Part shown: positions 44,120 through 54,420 of the stretch, piece after piece
Layout of the letters: each line of letters opens with the position of its first letter
Numbering within the stretch: position 1 is the stretch's first letter
Source of the DNA: Giardia intestinalis
Taxonomy: Eukaryota
Assembly (NCBI GenBank): GCA_000002435.2
Contig: CM018791.1
Length of the DNA: 64,000 bases
Reading direction: 5' to 3' (one strand)
The notes under the pieces: model-generated
Database searches by the model: none
Told to the model about the DNA's origin: nothing
Seen by the model: only the letters and a program-made list of their open reading frames with translations
Position numbers and translations under genes: made by a program

Positions 44120-47100
44120 CTACCCGATCAGCGCCAATGCAAGGCTCAGCCGCCTGCGCATCCCCCCGCTGAGCTGACGCGCCTGCCGGTCCAAGACATC
44201 GTAGAGATAGACGAAGGATGCAAGCTTCTCAACGACATTCTTCTCGTCCGCCTTCGAAACGCCGTGTAGACGCGCAAAGAGCGTCAGGTGATCCCGGACG
44301 CTCAGAATGGGAATGTATGCGTCATGCTGAGGACAGAGCCCGATGGATTTGTATATCTCGCTGGGGTCTCGGCGCACATCCCACCCGTTTATGATTACCG
44401 TTCCTTTTGTGGGCTTGATGAGCCCCGTCATCATGGATATGGTCGTGGACTTGCCAGCCCCGTTACTTCCCAGAAACGCAAAGCATGTGCTGCGCGGAAG
44501 GTGGAAACTCACGTCTCGGACTGCCACAAATGCAGGTGGATAAAATTTCTGCAGGTTGCATACAATCACAGGAGTAGTGCTCCTAATTCCATTATACATG
44601 TACTGTCGCTCTGCCAGCACGTCAATGTCCATTTCGGCCTGGCCCGTCCGGACTGCGTAGTCGCGACCGGTGCGCGGAGGGGGCAAAGCCTTCTTCCGAT
44701 GTGTTGGCATAGCATTCAGCTGAACATTGATTGGAGGACGAACGTAAGTGGAGGAGTCAAGGTAAGTTCCATCTGTTTCTTCTTCGATCCCACATCCAAC
44801 CAGGGAACCGGGGCTCGTTTGGCACCGGCACCCTTCAACAGAGTCTGCTTCCAAGGCTGATATGCCAGTGATTGTGGAAACATCGGTGAGCATCGTAGCC
44901 GTGGCTAAGAGTTGGTCGGTGCTTTCAGGAACTGCTTTAGTCAGCACAAGCCGTGTGCTCGCGCTGCCATTTGTAAGCTGCGAATCGCGTGCGATCGACA
45001 CTAAGTCAGCATTGTTAAGGTTAAATGTAGAAGCACCATTGGAAGACTTGCTCCTCTTACAACAACAGGTAAATATGAAGTTCCAAGGAAGAGGCACGCC
45101 GTTAGATTCTCTGGGAATGATGTAATCGAAATATATTGTCAGGAGGAAAAAGATTGTGCCCTCAACCCACATGCCAAGGATAAGCCATCGCATGGGGGAG
45201 TTCATGAAGCTCTTGAAGTCCTGTGCGCTCCAGCCCACAAAACCCAAGATTGCTGCGAAGCTCATCATGGGGGTGAAAAAGTACCACCAGAGAAGGTTTT
45301 CTGTCTGCACCTCTCCTTCTATCATTAAAACAATGGCGAGTACGATAATCAAGATATTTCCGACGAGTGTTGAGAGCTGAGTATTGGGGAAGAACAAGGA
45401 GAAGAGGAACGCCGTTGTGAGTTGTCCGTATGCTCCTGCCGTGAAGACCAGCAGAATCATGCCGAAGTCCATTTTCCTAAGCAGGCTGAGCTTGAAAACA
45501 AAGTAGCCTAGCACCACCATAACGCTATATACCAGCACCGCAAAGCAGAGTTGGTATATGAAGTTAGCGCACCAGTATAGCCAGGTAGGCACGCCGTTTA
45601 GCTTGAACATCTGTCGAAGACCCTGTTGACGGTCCAGAACGACGGGGAACATGTGCATTGGGACCATGCTCATGCATGCAAGGGCTAGCATAATAAGTGC
45701 AAGCATCACCTTCATCTTGTCCTCGCCAGAGGTTATGGGGAAGGTCCAGACCCAGTCCCAGGGCTGTAATCCAAAGCGAATATTGATAGACGTGGCAGGG
45801 CTTGTGTACGAGGCAGCAGGGCTTATACCATAACTTGCGCGTGCAATGGCCTCGACTAATCTGGCGTGCACTTCATTGTGGATGGTTATGGCCCGCGTAT
45901 CCAAAAGCGATGTCTCCTCAATAATAGATGGCGCTTTTGCAGGCGGGAGAGTGATGGATGAATTGACTGATGTTCCGGGCATACTCATTATATCGTTAAT
46001 CCCAAACTCTTTTGCCCGCTGCACGATCGACGTCGTATTAAACCTTAACCGCAGAGTCAAGCGTTTATAAGGATAGTTTCCTAACTTAGCAGGTAAGTAT
46101 GAGTGAATAACGGGTCTGAGTACTTTGATCCCTCCTGTTTCTGAGTACGATTCCGCTGTATCAAACTCCAGAACAGCCAAGGGCACCTTGCTAAGTACGT
46201 AATTATAACACTGTTGTATAGTAGCCAAATCGGTAGGATCGACGTACACTCTCTTGGTAAGGTTGCCACACTCGACAGGCTCGCTGTAGCAACGATCATA
46301 GTACACGGTTCCCTCTGGCCTAGGTATCCCCCCGCTGCGCTGAATGTATAAGAGTTCGTCCAGTAGGGTATCAATTGTGTCATACTTAGAGTATCCATTG
46401 ACAAAGTAAAAGTCGGGCTTTAGCTGAAAGTCGTCCGAGATAGTAGTAGTTGATGTGTACATAGGTACGGCAAGGGGCTTCACAGAGAAGTAGTCAAGGT
46501 AGTTTGTCCCTCCACTTGTAGAAAGATCGGTGAAGAGGCTGTCGAACTTGGTGCTCATGAAGGACGACATGGCCACGCTTACCTGGTTCTTGATCGACGA
46601 ACTTACGGGAAGGCCCATTACTGTGAAGACCTTGTAGTCCACAGAAGAAAACGGAATGGTGGTATTATTGACAGTTAGATTGTAAGAATACACCATTCGA
46701 TGGCCGCGCAAGGCGTCTTGGAGGACAATGGTCTCATCAATTCCGGACCCAAAGCGCCCTGTCTTATCGAAGACATATATCCTTCCTGTACCACCGCGCC
46801 TTTGCATCATGTTACTATAACGAATGCTCTTGGTCCCTAAGTCAGTTCCATTAGGCAAGAGGTCAGGAACCTCTGACTCAGAGATGGTACCTCCTCCAAG
46901 CCAAATGATCGGCTGGGAGTTGACCTTGCCTATGAACCTCTCGCTAGCAGGACAGGCCATTGGCTCCCCAAAGGTATCATAGCCATCGCAGTCCTCTATG
47001 TACCCGAAACCCCCAAAGCTCTTGAGCATGCGGCAAACAGTGCATATGGAATCAGATCGACTCGCTACTCTCTGTGCGAGGGAGTTCAGAAGCCCCATTA

Positions 47101-50100
47101 GCCAGGGAACAAATACGTCAGAGAGGATCCACCCCAAGATAATAAGAAGAACCGGGAGGAAAAACACGGAGAATATCCCCATCTTCGTGGAGGCATCGTA
47201 CCGATACATCTTCGTCAGGAGCGCAGTGAAAACACGCGGCCGGACTCTCCGCGGGTTTAAAATTTCGTTAATCATTTCCGGGGTAAACTTCTCGATGCGA
47301 ATCTCCTCTCCATTTATCAATGTATCATGCGCTTCGGCGTCAGTGTACTTCAGAAGCGCAGGGTCACTCATATCGCTGTCAACACTCACATCAGTAGCAT
47401 GCTGTGGCAACTGTTGGTCCTCCCCGAGGGCGCTTGATCCCTGATTTGGCAGCTTGTTATCGATGTTCGAGGGAGAAGTGTGGTCCAGAGTAGAGGAAAG
47501 GTTTGCAAGTTCCTTTATGTTGACACCCTGAAGAGCATCCTGCTGGCTGGTATACTTATCCATTTGAGAAAAGACGCCTGCTTGGTAGATTTTTCCTAGC
47601 TTAATGAAGACTTCCTCTAGAGTCGTGCCCTCTAGCTGATAATCTGCCACGAGGGGCCCTAATGACCCGAGTCTATTATCCCCAAGGCTCAAAGAGCCAA
47701 CCGAAGGTATGTCACGAACAATCTCCTGGGAGTTTTCATCAAGTGTATGCCTTCCCGTCTTATGTGTCTCCACAAACAGGATAAACCCAGGCAGCGCATA
47801 CTCAGCCATTAAATTGACAGAATATACCAACGATTGGCCTGTTTGATTTATCAGACCAATGCGTGGCTGTGATTTTTCACGTAAAAAGTCAGCTGTGTCC
47901 GTCGTCTTGGTAACATACTCGATTTCTGGATACGATTGCTGCAGCCAGTATTTAACTAGTTCGGACATAACATTCGCTGCCTTTGTTGAAGAGGCTATGA
48001 TGGTGAACTGATAACCACTTCCGTAGAGCCTCTTGAGCTCTAGAGAAGTGCCAGAGGCGATGACCTTTCCACTAGACATGATTGCAATCTCGTCAGATAG
48101 GTAGTCAACCTCTGTCATATCATGAGAAGTCAGCAGGATGCCCGGGGGTGGCCGATGAATTCGCTTAACGTGAAGATCCTTCCCCTTGGCGCTCCCAGTA
48201 ACAACGGGAACATTCATGTGATTGCGGCTTGTCTTCTGGATCGCGCTCCAGACGATTCTCTTAGTTTCGGGGTCAGTCCCTGTTGTGGCTTCATCAAAAA
48301 GGAGCAGCTTGTGGTATCCACACGTGGCGATGGCAATGCAGAGGCGCCGCTGCATGCCGCCAGAGAATTTCTTACACGGCTTGTCACGATATTCGTAAAG
48401 AGCCACTTGTCGCAGGTGTTTCTCAACTAACATAGGTATTTCAAACTCAGGGATGTTGTGAAGTAAGCATACGAGCTTAAGATGCTGAACCGGAGTGAGC
48501 CCGGGCCAAAGTGTTGTGTTGTGCTGGGGGCAGACCCCTATTTTGCGACGTATGTGATTCATCTGATAAAGAATAGAGTAGTCGTCGATCCAGCCGTTAC
48601 CTATGCAGGGATTGCGAGCCGAGAGAGGGGATTCTAAGAGGTTCTTGGGCGGTTTGTCGGGATGCAAAGACCCAATGATGCAATTGATTGACGTCGATTT
48701 CCCAGCCCCGTTTTGGCCAAGAAGGCCAAAGATCTGTCCGTGGCAGATGCGAATTGTAAGCCCCCGGACTGCATAGTGATACTTGCCAACCTTATTCTTG
48801 TCTTCCTTCGACCCACTGCAGGCTTTGCGGACAAACGTTTTCTGCAGGTGGTGTGTAACTAAAACTGTGTTCTTAAGATTGCTAGCTGTCATAGTATGGC
48901 GAAGCACAGACGAGACCTTGGAGTCCAAGGGAAGTAGTGAGCGCAGAACGGCCTCAAACACAGAGCCTGGAACAGGCTGTCGACCTGTGAGGAAGTCAGA
49001 TTCGCCCTTCTGTCGTCTAGCTTTCCTGAAGCAAACGCAGCAGAGGCTCTCAGTCCCGTCAGGCTGCTGTGCCGTTGCACGGAAGGTATGCGGAGCACGT
49101 TCCAGCACGTCTCCAGTAGCGTCCACGAGTGGAAGATACTCGTCATCCAGGCTATAATCCACTGTGTGTGCGTTGGTTATACCAGCCTTCTTATATGCGT
49201 CACGCTTGGCTAAACGTCGACGATAGCGGCTTTCACGATCATCCAGTATGCTGCTGAGAGAGTACCCTTCACCAGATGTACTCCAATAGTCCTTTGTAAA
49301 GAGCTGCCATGGTTTTCTGCAGAGGCTTGAGTGACTCGGAACGGCCTCAGAGACAAACCACGTGATCAGGAAGTACAGGATAGTGTCCAGCAGCATAAAC
49401 ACAAGATAAACTACCGGTGGAGGAGCCCTGTATGTGCAAATTGATTGTTTATCGACTGGCTGATTGAGGCATGGGGACGACTCACCGCGAGTGAACCAGG
49501 TTGAAAACGTCCACGGGTTCTTCGGAGAAACCAGCTGCATCTCAAAGGTTCTCGGATTGGCATCGGAGGTGGGCATAGCGGTCTCAACCATCTGTAGAGT
49601 TGTCTGAATAATGGGGGTAAAGGGAAACAGAAGTTGAAGAAGAAATGCCCCAAACTGGTTTATGAATGTGGGATCATAGATTCTCTCAGGGGTTGTCATA
49701 GTGAAGACCATTGTCTCAACAAACGACCCGGCGACCATTACAAAACCAATGGACATCCCTAGCTTAATAGTACCAAGAAAAGAACTGAAGAAGAGCCCAA
49801 ACATAGTTATCGTCGCCGCAGCCATAATATTGAAAACTAGAAATGATACAGGGTCAATCCAAGGATATACGTCTGTTCCTCCAGGCATCATATATGCAAT
49901 GATGAAATAAGGAAGCCAGGTTATCATGAAAATGAGCAACTGGAATGAGAATTGGGCGAGAATGTATATGCAATCGTTAACGCCCATGAGACGGAGAGAC
50001 TCGAACCTGCCTGAATCCTTCTCTGCAATAGAATTGCTCAGGGAGAGAAGAAACTGCATTAGAAAGACGGTAATTACGAAGAACTTGCTCATAAACTCAT

Positions 50101-50884
50101 CTGGAAGACGAGGATCATCGTCACGACCGAAAAACGGCAGCTGAGTCAATCGCGGATTGAAGTCCACGCCTATTCCTTCTGAGACAAGAAGGATAGCTCG
50201 GCCCAGCGCCATCTGAACTCGAAGAGGCACCGTTGCTGCCATGCCACGTGATGCAGACATGGAAACCTGGTCCCGCAGGTAGAAGGCATAGAAATTTGGA
50301 AATGCAAGCAGAGTCTGGTTATAGTTGATCAGGATAGACAGGTCACTGAGGATTTCCTTGTCGGATGAGGGAACTGTTTGTCCACCAGAGGTGCCACTGC
50401 CCTGCTTCTCAAACGGAGCATCGAAGCCAATCATAAAAGTAAAGTGTTTAGGATCTTGCCGCAGGGTGTTCTCTGCTTCGACCCTGGTGCTGAAGCCCTG
50501 GAGGTCAGTGTCAAAATCCAGCCCCGACTGCTCGGCCACTTTCTTCATCACTTTTCTCACGTATGGATTATCTGGGTAGAAGCCTAGAGTCTTGCAATTG
50601 CGTGTCTGATCAGGAATTAACGTCCCGAAGCCATAGCGGCCGTTGGCATCGTCAAGGACAAAGCACTTGGGCACCCTCATGTCCTCGTCTGGCCAGATAG
50701 TAGGTTTGAGATTATCAGATGATTGATAGTAGGCAACCAGAGGATTTAAGTAGAGTACAAGCACAAGGATCAGAGGCAAAGCAAAGCGTAGGAAAAGTAT
50801 CAGCCAGCCCCCCTGGATCATGTCCACATATTGCTTGAAGATGATGGCCCTGTATTGCGACGTGTATAAAGAGCGCGTCCTCAT
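44120..50884 (-). CDS. ABC transporter, ABCA-like full transporter (TMD-NBD-TMD-NBD) with NBD2 truncated after the signature motif
   Basis: NBD1 is complete: GLLGQNGAGKSTS (Walker A), FSGGMQRRLCIAIA (signature), LLLFDEATTGTDP (Walker B), TSHDM (H-loop). NBD2 has FLGSNGAGKSTT and LSGGMRRRLSLALALIG, then a stop. No Walker B, D-loop or H-loop follows. ATG behind ggtttaaaaaatttgtcggcATG. Confidence 0.9.
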   Translation of the reverse strand: MRTRSLYTSQYRAIIFKQYVDMIQGGWLILFLRFALPLILVLVLYLNPLVAYYQSSDNLKPTIWPDEDMRVPKCFVLDDANGRYGFGTLIPDQTRNCKTLGFYPDNPYVRKVMKKVAEQSGLDFDTDLQGFSTRVEAENTLRQDPKHFTFMIGFDAPFEKQGSGTSGGQTVPSSDKEILSDLSILINYNQTLLAFPNFYAFYLRDQVSMSASRGMAATVPLRVQMALGRAILLVSEGIGVDFNPRLTQLPFFGRDDDPRLPDEFMSKFFVITVFLMQFLLSLSNSIAEKDSGRFESLRLMGVNDCIYILAQFSFQLLIFMITWLPYFIIAYMMPGGTDVYPWIDPVSFLVFNIMAAATITMFGLFFSSFLGTIKLGMSIGFVMVAGSFVETMVFTMTTPERIYDPTFINQFGAFLLQLLFPFTPIIQTTLQMVETAMPTSDANPRTFEMQLVSPKNPWTFSTWFTRGESSPCLNQPVDKQSICTYRAPPPVVYLVFMLLDTILYFLITWFVSEAVPSHSSLCRKPWQLFTKDYWSTSGEGYSLSSILDDRESRYRRRLAKRDAYKKAGITNAHTVDYSLDDEYLPLVDATGDVLERAPHTFRATAQQPDGTESLCCVCFRKARRQKGESDFLTGRQPVPGSVFEAVLRSLLPLDSKVSSVLRHTMTASNLKNTVLVTHHLQKTFVRKACSGSKEDKNKVGKYHYAVRGLTIRICHGQIFGLLGQNGAGKSTSINCIIGSLHPDKPPKNLLESPLSARNPCIGNGWIDDYSILYQMNHIRRKIGVCPQHNTTLWPGLTPVQHLKLVCLLHNIPEFEIPMLVEKHLRQVALYEYRDKPCKKFSGGMQRRLCIAIATCGYHKLLLFDEATTGTDPETKRIVWSAIQKTSRNHMNVPVVTGSAKGKDLHVKRIHRPPPGILLTSHDMTEVDYLSDEIAIMSSGKVIASGTSLELKRLYGSGYQFTIIASSTKAANVMSELVKYWLQQSYPEIEYVTKTTDTADFLREKSQPRIGLINQTGQSLVYSVNLMAEYALPGFILFVETHKTGRHTLDENSQEIVRDIPSVGSLSLGDNRLGSLGPLVADYQLEGTTLEEVFIKLGKIYQAGVFSQMDKYTSQQDALQGVNIKELANLSSTLDHTSPSNIDNKLPNQGSSALGEDQQLPQHATDVSVDSDMSDPALLKYTDAEAHDTLINGEEIRIEKFTPEMINEILNPRRVRPRVFTALLTKMYRYDASTKMGIFSVFFLPVLLIILGWILSDVFVPWLMGLLNSLAQRVASRSDSICTVCRMLKSFGGFGYIEDCDGYDTFGEPMACPASERFIGKVNSQPIIWLGGGTISESEVPDLLPNGTDLGTKSIRYSNMMQRRGGTGRIYVFDKTGRFGSGIDETIVLQDALRGHRMVYSYNLTVNNTTIPFSSVDYKVFTVMGLPVSSSIKNQVSVAMSSFMSTKFDSLFTDLSTSGGTNYLDYFSVKPLAVPMYTSTTTISDDFQLKPDFYFVNGYSKYDTIDTLLDELLYIQRSGGIPRPEGTVYYDRCYSEPVECGNLTKRVYVDPTDLATIQQCYNYVLSKVPLAVLEFDTAESYSETGGIKVLRPVIHSYLPAKLGNYPYKRLTLRLRFNTTSIVQRAKEFGINDIMSMPGTSVNSSITLPPAKAPSIIEETSLLDTRAITIHNEVHARLVEAIARASYGISPAASYTSPATSINIRFGLQPWDWVWTFPITSGEDKMKVMLALIMLALACMSMVPMHMFPVVLDRQQGLRQMFKLNGVPTWLYWCANFIYQLCFAVLVYSVMVVLGYFVFKLSLLRKMDFGMILLVFTAGAYGQLTTAFLFSLFFPNTQLSTLVGNILIIVLAIVLMIEGEVQTENLLWWYFFTPMMSFAAILGFVGWSAQDFKSFMNSPMRWLILGMWVEGTIFFLLTIYFDYIIPRESNGVPLPWNFIFTCCCKRSKSSNGASTFNLNNADLVSIARDSQLTNGSASTRLVLTKAVPESTDQLLATATMLTDVSTITGISALEADSVEGCRCQTSPGSLVGCGIEEETDGTYLDSSTYVRPPINVQLNAMPTHRKKALPPPRTGRDYAVRTGQAEMDIDVLAERQYMYNGIRSTTPVIVCNLQKFYPPAFVAVRDVSFHLPRSTCFAFLGSNGAGKSTTISMMTGLIKPTKGTVIINGWDVRRDPSEIYKSIGLCPQHDAYIPILSVRDHLTLFARLHGVSKADEKNVVEKLASFVYLYDVLDRQARQLSGGMRRRLSLALALIG

Positions 50885-50984
50885 GCCGACAAATTTTTTA
50901 AACCGGTTTATGATAAGCTGAGCAACATGAAAGCCTTTGCTATTTACTATAAATTTACCTTCTGTGTTTTTCTAAGTATAAATG

Positions 50985-52421
50985 CTATATTTTTTCAGTT
51001 TTGTCAAAACACGAGAGCTTCCCCACCTGCGGTCTGTAAGTACGGAGCTCCTTACGTAACGTTTGTATTATAACCATGAGCTCATCTATTTCGTCCTGGC
51101 GTTTATCAAGCTCCAGTTTTGCTAAGTTAAGTTCGTGACCTAGTTCGACAACGACGTCAGCATTTGCACCTGCGCCTGCGGCTCCTCTCGAAGTCCTGGC
51201 ATTGCTTGCGTGCTTCTTGCTTAAGTTTTGGGCTGGCAAGATCTGAGAAGAATCCATAGACGATCCTCCTCCAAGTGGTCGATGTGGGAGGTCAGAAGTC
51301 GTAAGAAAGACTGTATCGTAGACGCTTGACGCTGCTATGCGCTCCTTCATTTCTTTGATAAGATTCTCTTTTCGCTCTAGTTCCTTGCGGAGGTCAGATA
51401 CTTCTGCCGTAAGCTGCATAATGCTTACCTGAGCGTCTTGATCTGATACCGTGGCCTCTATCGCCAATTTCATGGTCTCATTGTCAGTAGCCATTCGCGC
51501 CACCTCGTCGTGCAGCACCCTGGCCAGAGACTCCAGCTGAGAGAGCCTGTTCTTAGCCTCTTCGAACTCCAGCTCCTTGTCTAGTGCGGCGATCTTGATC
51601 TCCTCTTGGTCGCGGGAGTCTTTGAAGTCCGAGGTAGAAGTAGAGGGCGCAAAGATTGCATGCTTCTTTCGTAAACTTTCAACGAGTGAAAGAATGGTTC
51701 CTGTTTTCTCGATGGCTGGCTGGAGAAGTGTGTCCGCGAAAGCCGTGTCTGCGAGGGGGTACCCCAGGTCATCGTCCAACTGAATCGATCTGTAGAGGTC
51801 ACAGCCACTGAGGGCACCTATGTCGACGCAATATCGTAAGAGATATGCTGCAATCTGATAGTGACCATATGCAAGGCTAACCATTATGCACGCTTTAGTG
51901 TATGAATCCCGCCAGTTCACCTTGTGCTCGACGATGTACTTCACTGTACATAGAAGGCCGGTGGTGAGTGCATGAAAAAGGACTTTCAAGTGTGCGGTGG
52001 CGAACTTAATGTACACATCTTGCGAAAGAATCGGTATAAAGTAGTTAAACCCCTCTGTAACGTCACGCACAGCTGTTTTGGCGTCTGCCTTCTGCGATTC
52101 TTCAGGCATTTCAAACGGCTGGAGGATGTAGAAGGCTTTAAGGCTATCGTTTTCAATGGCTATCATGCACGCTGTCTGCCGGTTTGCATTAACAATGGTG
52201 GCTTCGTCAGCTGCAAGAATTCCTATCATGCGTAGGTCGTTATTTCTTGTTGCGGCGATTAGGGCAGTGTTCAAGAAGGCATCTTGAACACCCTTAAGCC
52301 GCTGCTTGTGGCATTCTATGAATTCATAGTTACGGGACTCCACGGCCTGGAACCACTCTTCCACCAATGCATCCTTAGAGCTTGACCCGAGGTACGAGTC
52401 CAGGTACTTGAGTGCACCCAT
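50985..52421 (-). CDS. Ankyrin-repeat + coiled-coil protein (protein 21.1-like)
   Basis: The track start at 52604 is GTG. There is an upstream in-frame ATG at 52481 in poor context. The ATG at 52421 (MGALKYL) lies behind cattttaaaattgagttttATGg. Ankyrin repeats (FLNTALIAATRNNDLRMIGILAADEATIVNANRQTACMIAIEND) are followed by a long heptad region (LDKELEFEEAKNRLSQLESLARVLHDEV...). Confidence 0.6.
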   Translation of the reverse strand: MGALKYLDSYLGSSSKDALVEEWFQAVESRNYEFIECHKQRLKGVQDAFLNTALIAATRNNDLRMIGILAADEATIVNANRQTACMIAIENDSLKAFYILQPFEMPEESQKADAKTAVRDVTEGFNYFIPILSQDVYIKFATAHLKVLFHALTTGLLCTVKYIVEHKVNWRDSYTKACIMVSLAYGHYQIAAYLLRYCVDIGALSGCDLYRSIQLDDDLGYPLADTAFADTLLQPAIEKTGTILSLVESLRKKHAIFAPSTSTSDFKDSRDQEEIKIAALDKELEFEEAKNRLSQLESLARVLHDEVARMATDNETMKLAIEATVSDQDAQVSIMQLTAEVSDLRKELERKENLIKEMKERIAASSVYDTVFLTTSDLPHRPLGGGSSMDSSQILPAQNLSKKHASNARTSRGAAGAGANADVVVELGHELNLAKLELDKRQDEIDELMVIIQTLRKELRTYRPQVGKLSCFDKTEKI

Positions 52422-52437
52422 AAAACTCAATTTTAAA
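52422..52437. promoter_or_regulatory. 16-bp A/T-rich spacer between divergent ATGs; candidate minimal bidirectional initiator
   Basis: Minus ATG at 52421 and plus ATG at 52438 are separated by aaaactcaattttaaa. Confidence 0.4.
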
Positions 52438-54393
52438 ATGTCCACCGCCCGTTCGGAGTGGTTCGCCGCTGTATACAGCATGGACCATAGAAAGTTGCGG
52501 ACAAATCTCCAAAAGTATAAGCAGAGCCGTGACGAAAGTGGCTTCACGGCGTTGCATATTGCAGCAATGTACGGTGACCTTGAGGCCGTCAAAATCCTTG
52601 CCACGGAAGAAGCCGGATTACTGTCAGTCAGTGGCGAGACAGCGTTATCACTTGCAGTGAGGAACAGGCACCATAAAGTCGTAAGCTATCTAGCTGAAAT
52701 GGAAGGCAGAATTTTACTTGGCGACGGCCGTTCTGCGCTGATTGTGGCCATAGATGTTGCAGACCTCGACACCTTGCGTATGCTGGTACCGTACTCATTG
52801 AACTCAAGTCTTCCAACTAACGAGGATGCTCCAGACGGGCCTGCCACGGTCTTTCAGTACCTGGTTTCTATGGATTTTCACACCCTTATACCGCTCTTTG
52901 CTGAGAATATCCAGTTGACTGAGGCAGACTTTCTTCGGGGCCTGGAGATTGCAAAAGGCCGCACTACAAAAGGCTCCGAGCTTTGCAGAACTTACTTAGA
53001 GCAATATAAAGACTTACTTTTACGGCCAAAGTGCTTGAATTGTAATTCCTTAGCCTGTAAGGTTTCCCAGTTAGAAACTGACTTGAAGAATGCAGAGTCC
53101 TTGCCCAGTGCACTGAAGAATGAGATTGTGCAACTGAAGGCGGTGCTGCTGCGGAGAAACTGCTCAGTTGGTAAGTGCCTAGGGTGCAAGGCTGTGTTGA
53201 CAAGAGCAGGCCCAGACGTCCCATGCCAGGTGTGCAGCTTTGCTCCTGGCCATACTGTGCGAGTGCAGACAGATGGTGGAGTTTCTTTGACGTATGAAAA
53301 ATTAAAAGAGGCGCTCGATTTTGCCCTAGCGGAGAATTTGAGCCTTAAGGCAAAGTTGAATGTGGATGATAGCATTACCGGCGCTACTGGCCTAGATCCA
53401 ATAAGAGCACTGGCCAGCATATCGAAGAGGCTGTCGTTAGAGGACAGAGCTGGCCTGTCAGAGGAAAACCTGACGTGTCTGCTGGCTGCAGTTCGTTCAC
53501 TAGTTCAGCAGGTCAAGGATACTGGTGGAGGCACAGAAGAGTCGCACCGGTTATTGGAGTCTTCCGACTTGTCTAAGATATCGCTGACATCTGGCACCAC
53601 TCCACATAGCTCTCCCGTGAATAGGCACCAGCCAAGCCCCAACGCAGCAGCATTGAAGGGTTCAGAAGCTACAGAAGATGCTGAAATGACCCTCCGGTCA
53701 CTACTGAGGGCCTTGGAAGATATTCGATTTGGGTACCCTACTGCACTCATGCGAGCAGCAATGGAAAACAAGGTGGATCAAGCAAAGCAACTTCTTTTCC
53801 AGGCAAATTTGCGGGACAAGGACGGGAAAACAGCCTTAATGTATGCTGCAGAAAGCGGGCATACAGACATAGTCAATCTTCTCCTTGATAAAGAGGGATG
53901 TAAGGGTGATAATCAGGGTCGTACTGCACTGATGTATGCCGTAGCGGCCAAGTCATATGAGTGTGCCAAGGTTCTATCTCTAAAGGAGACAAAAATGATT
54001 ACCAATAGCAAGCATAGGCACAAGGGAACAACCGCGCTCATGGTCGCAGCGCGTGCTAACGATGTGGAGCTGGTAAAGATTCTGATGGACAAGGAAGCCA
54101 ACCTAACGCGCGATGACGGCGTGACGGCCCTTATGCAAGCGGCCCAGGCTAACGCATGCGATTGCTTGCGTCTACTTGCTCCCAAAGAAGCCGGAAGATG
54201 TACAAACGATGAGTTTCTCTACGGGCACGGTTACACAGCGTTAATGTTTGCAGCGAGTAATGGGAACTTAGACTCAGTTAAGGTCTTGGTGCATCAAGAG
54301 GCCACAGCCAGGCTTGCAGACGGTCGGCAAGCGATAGACTTAGCGAGCGATAAGGCTGTCATCAATGAGCTTGCTAAGCACATGCCTAAGTAG
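52438..54393 (+). CDS. Ankyrin-repeat protein (protein 21.1-like) with a central coiled coil and a C-terminal ankyrin block
   Basis: The track start at 52408 is TTG. ATG 52438 lies behind ctcaattttaaaATGtcc. Repeats include GFTALHIAAMYGDLEAVKIL, GKTALMYAAESGHTDIVNLLL, GRTALMYAVAAKSYECAKVL, TTALMVAARANDVELVKILM, GVTALMQAAQANACDCLRLL, YTALMFAASNGNLDSVKVLV. Confidence 0.75.
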   Translation: MSTARSEWFAAVYSMDHRKLRTNLQKYKQSRDESGFTALHIAAMYGDLEAVKILATEEAGLLSVSGETALSLAVRNRHHKVVSYLAEMEGRILLGDGRSALIVAIDVADLDTLRMLVPYSLNSSLPTNEDAPDGPATVFQYLVSMDFHTLIPLFAENIQLTEADFLRGLEIAKGRTTKGSELCRTYLEQYKDLLLRPKCLNCNSLACKVSQLETDLKNAESLPSALKNEIVQLKAVLLRRNCSVGKCLGCKAVLTRAGPDVPCQVCSFAPGHTVRVQTDGGVSLTYEKLKEALDFALAENLSLKAKLNVDDSITGATGLDPIRALASISKRLSLEDRAGLSEENLTCLLAAVRSLVQQVKDTGGGTEESHRLLESSDLSKISLTSGTTPHSSPVNRHQPSPNAAALKGSEATEDAEMTLRSLLRALEDIRFGYPTALMRAAMENKVDQAKQLLFQANLRDKDGKTALMYAAESGHTDIVNLLLDKEGCKGDNQGRTALMYAVAAKSYECAKVLSLKETKMITNSKHRHKGTTALMVAARANDVELVKILMDKEANLTRDDGVTALMQAAQANACDCLRLLAPKEAGRCTNDEFLYGHGYTALMFAASNGNLDSVKVLVHQEATARLADGRQAIDLASDKAVINELAKHMPK

Positions 54394-54420
54394 ATAGAAC
54401 TTTTTAGCGTACAATCTAGC

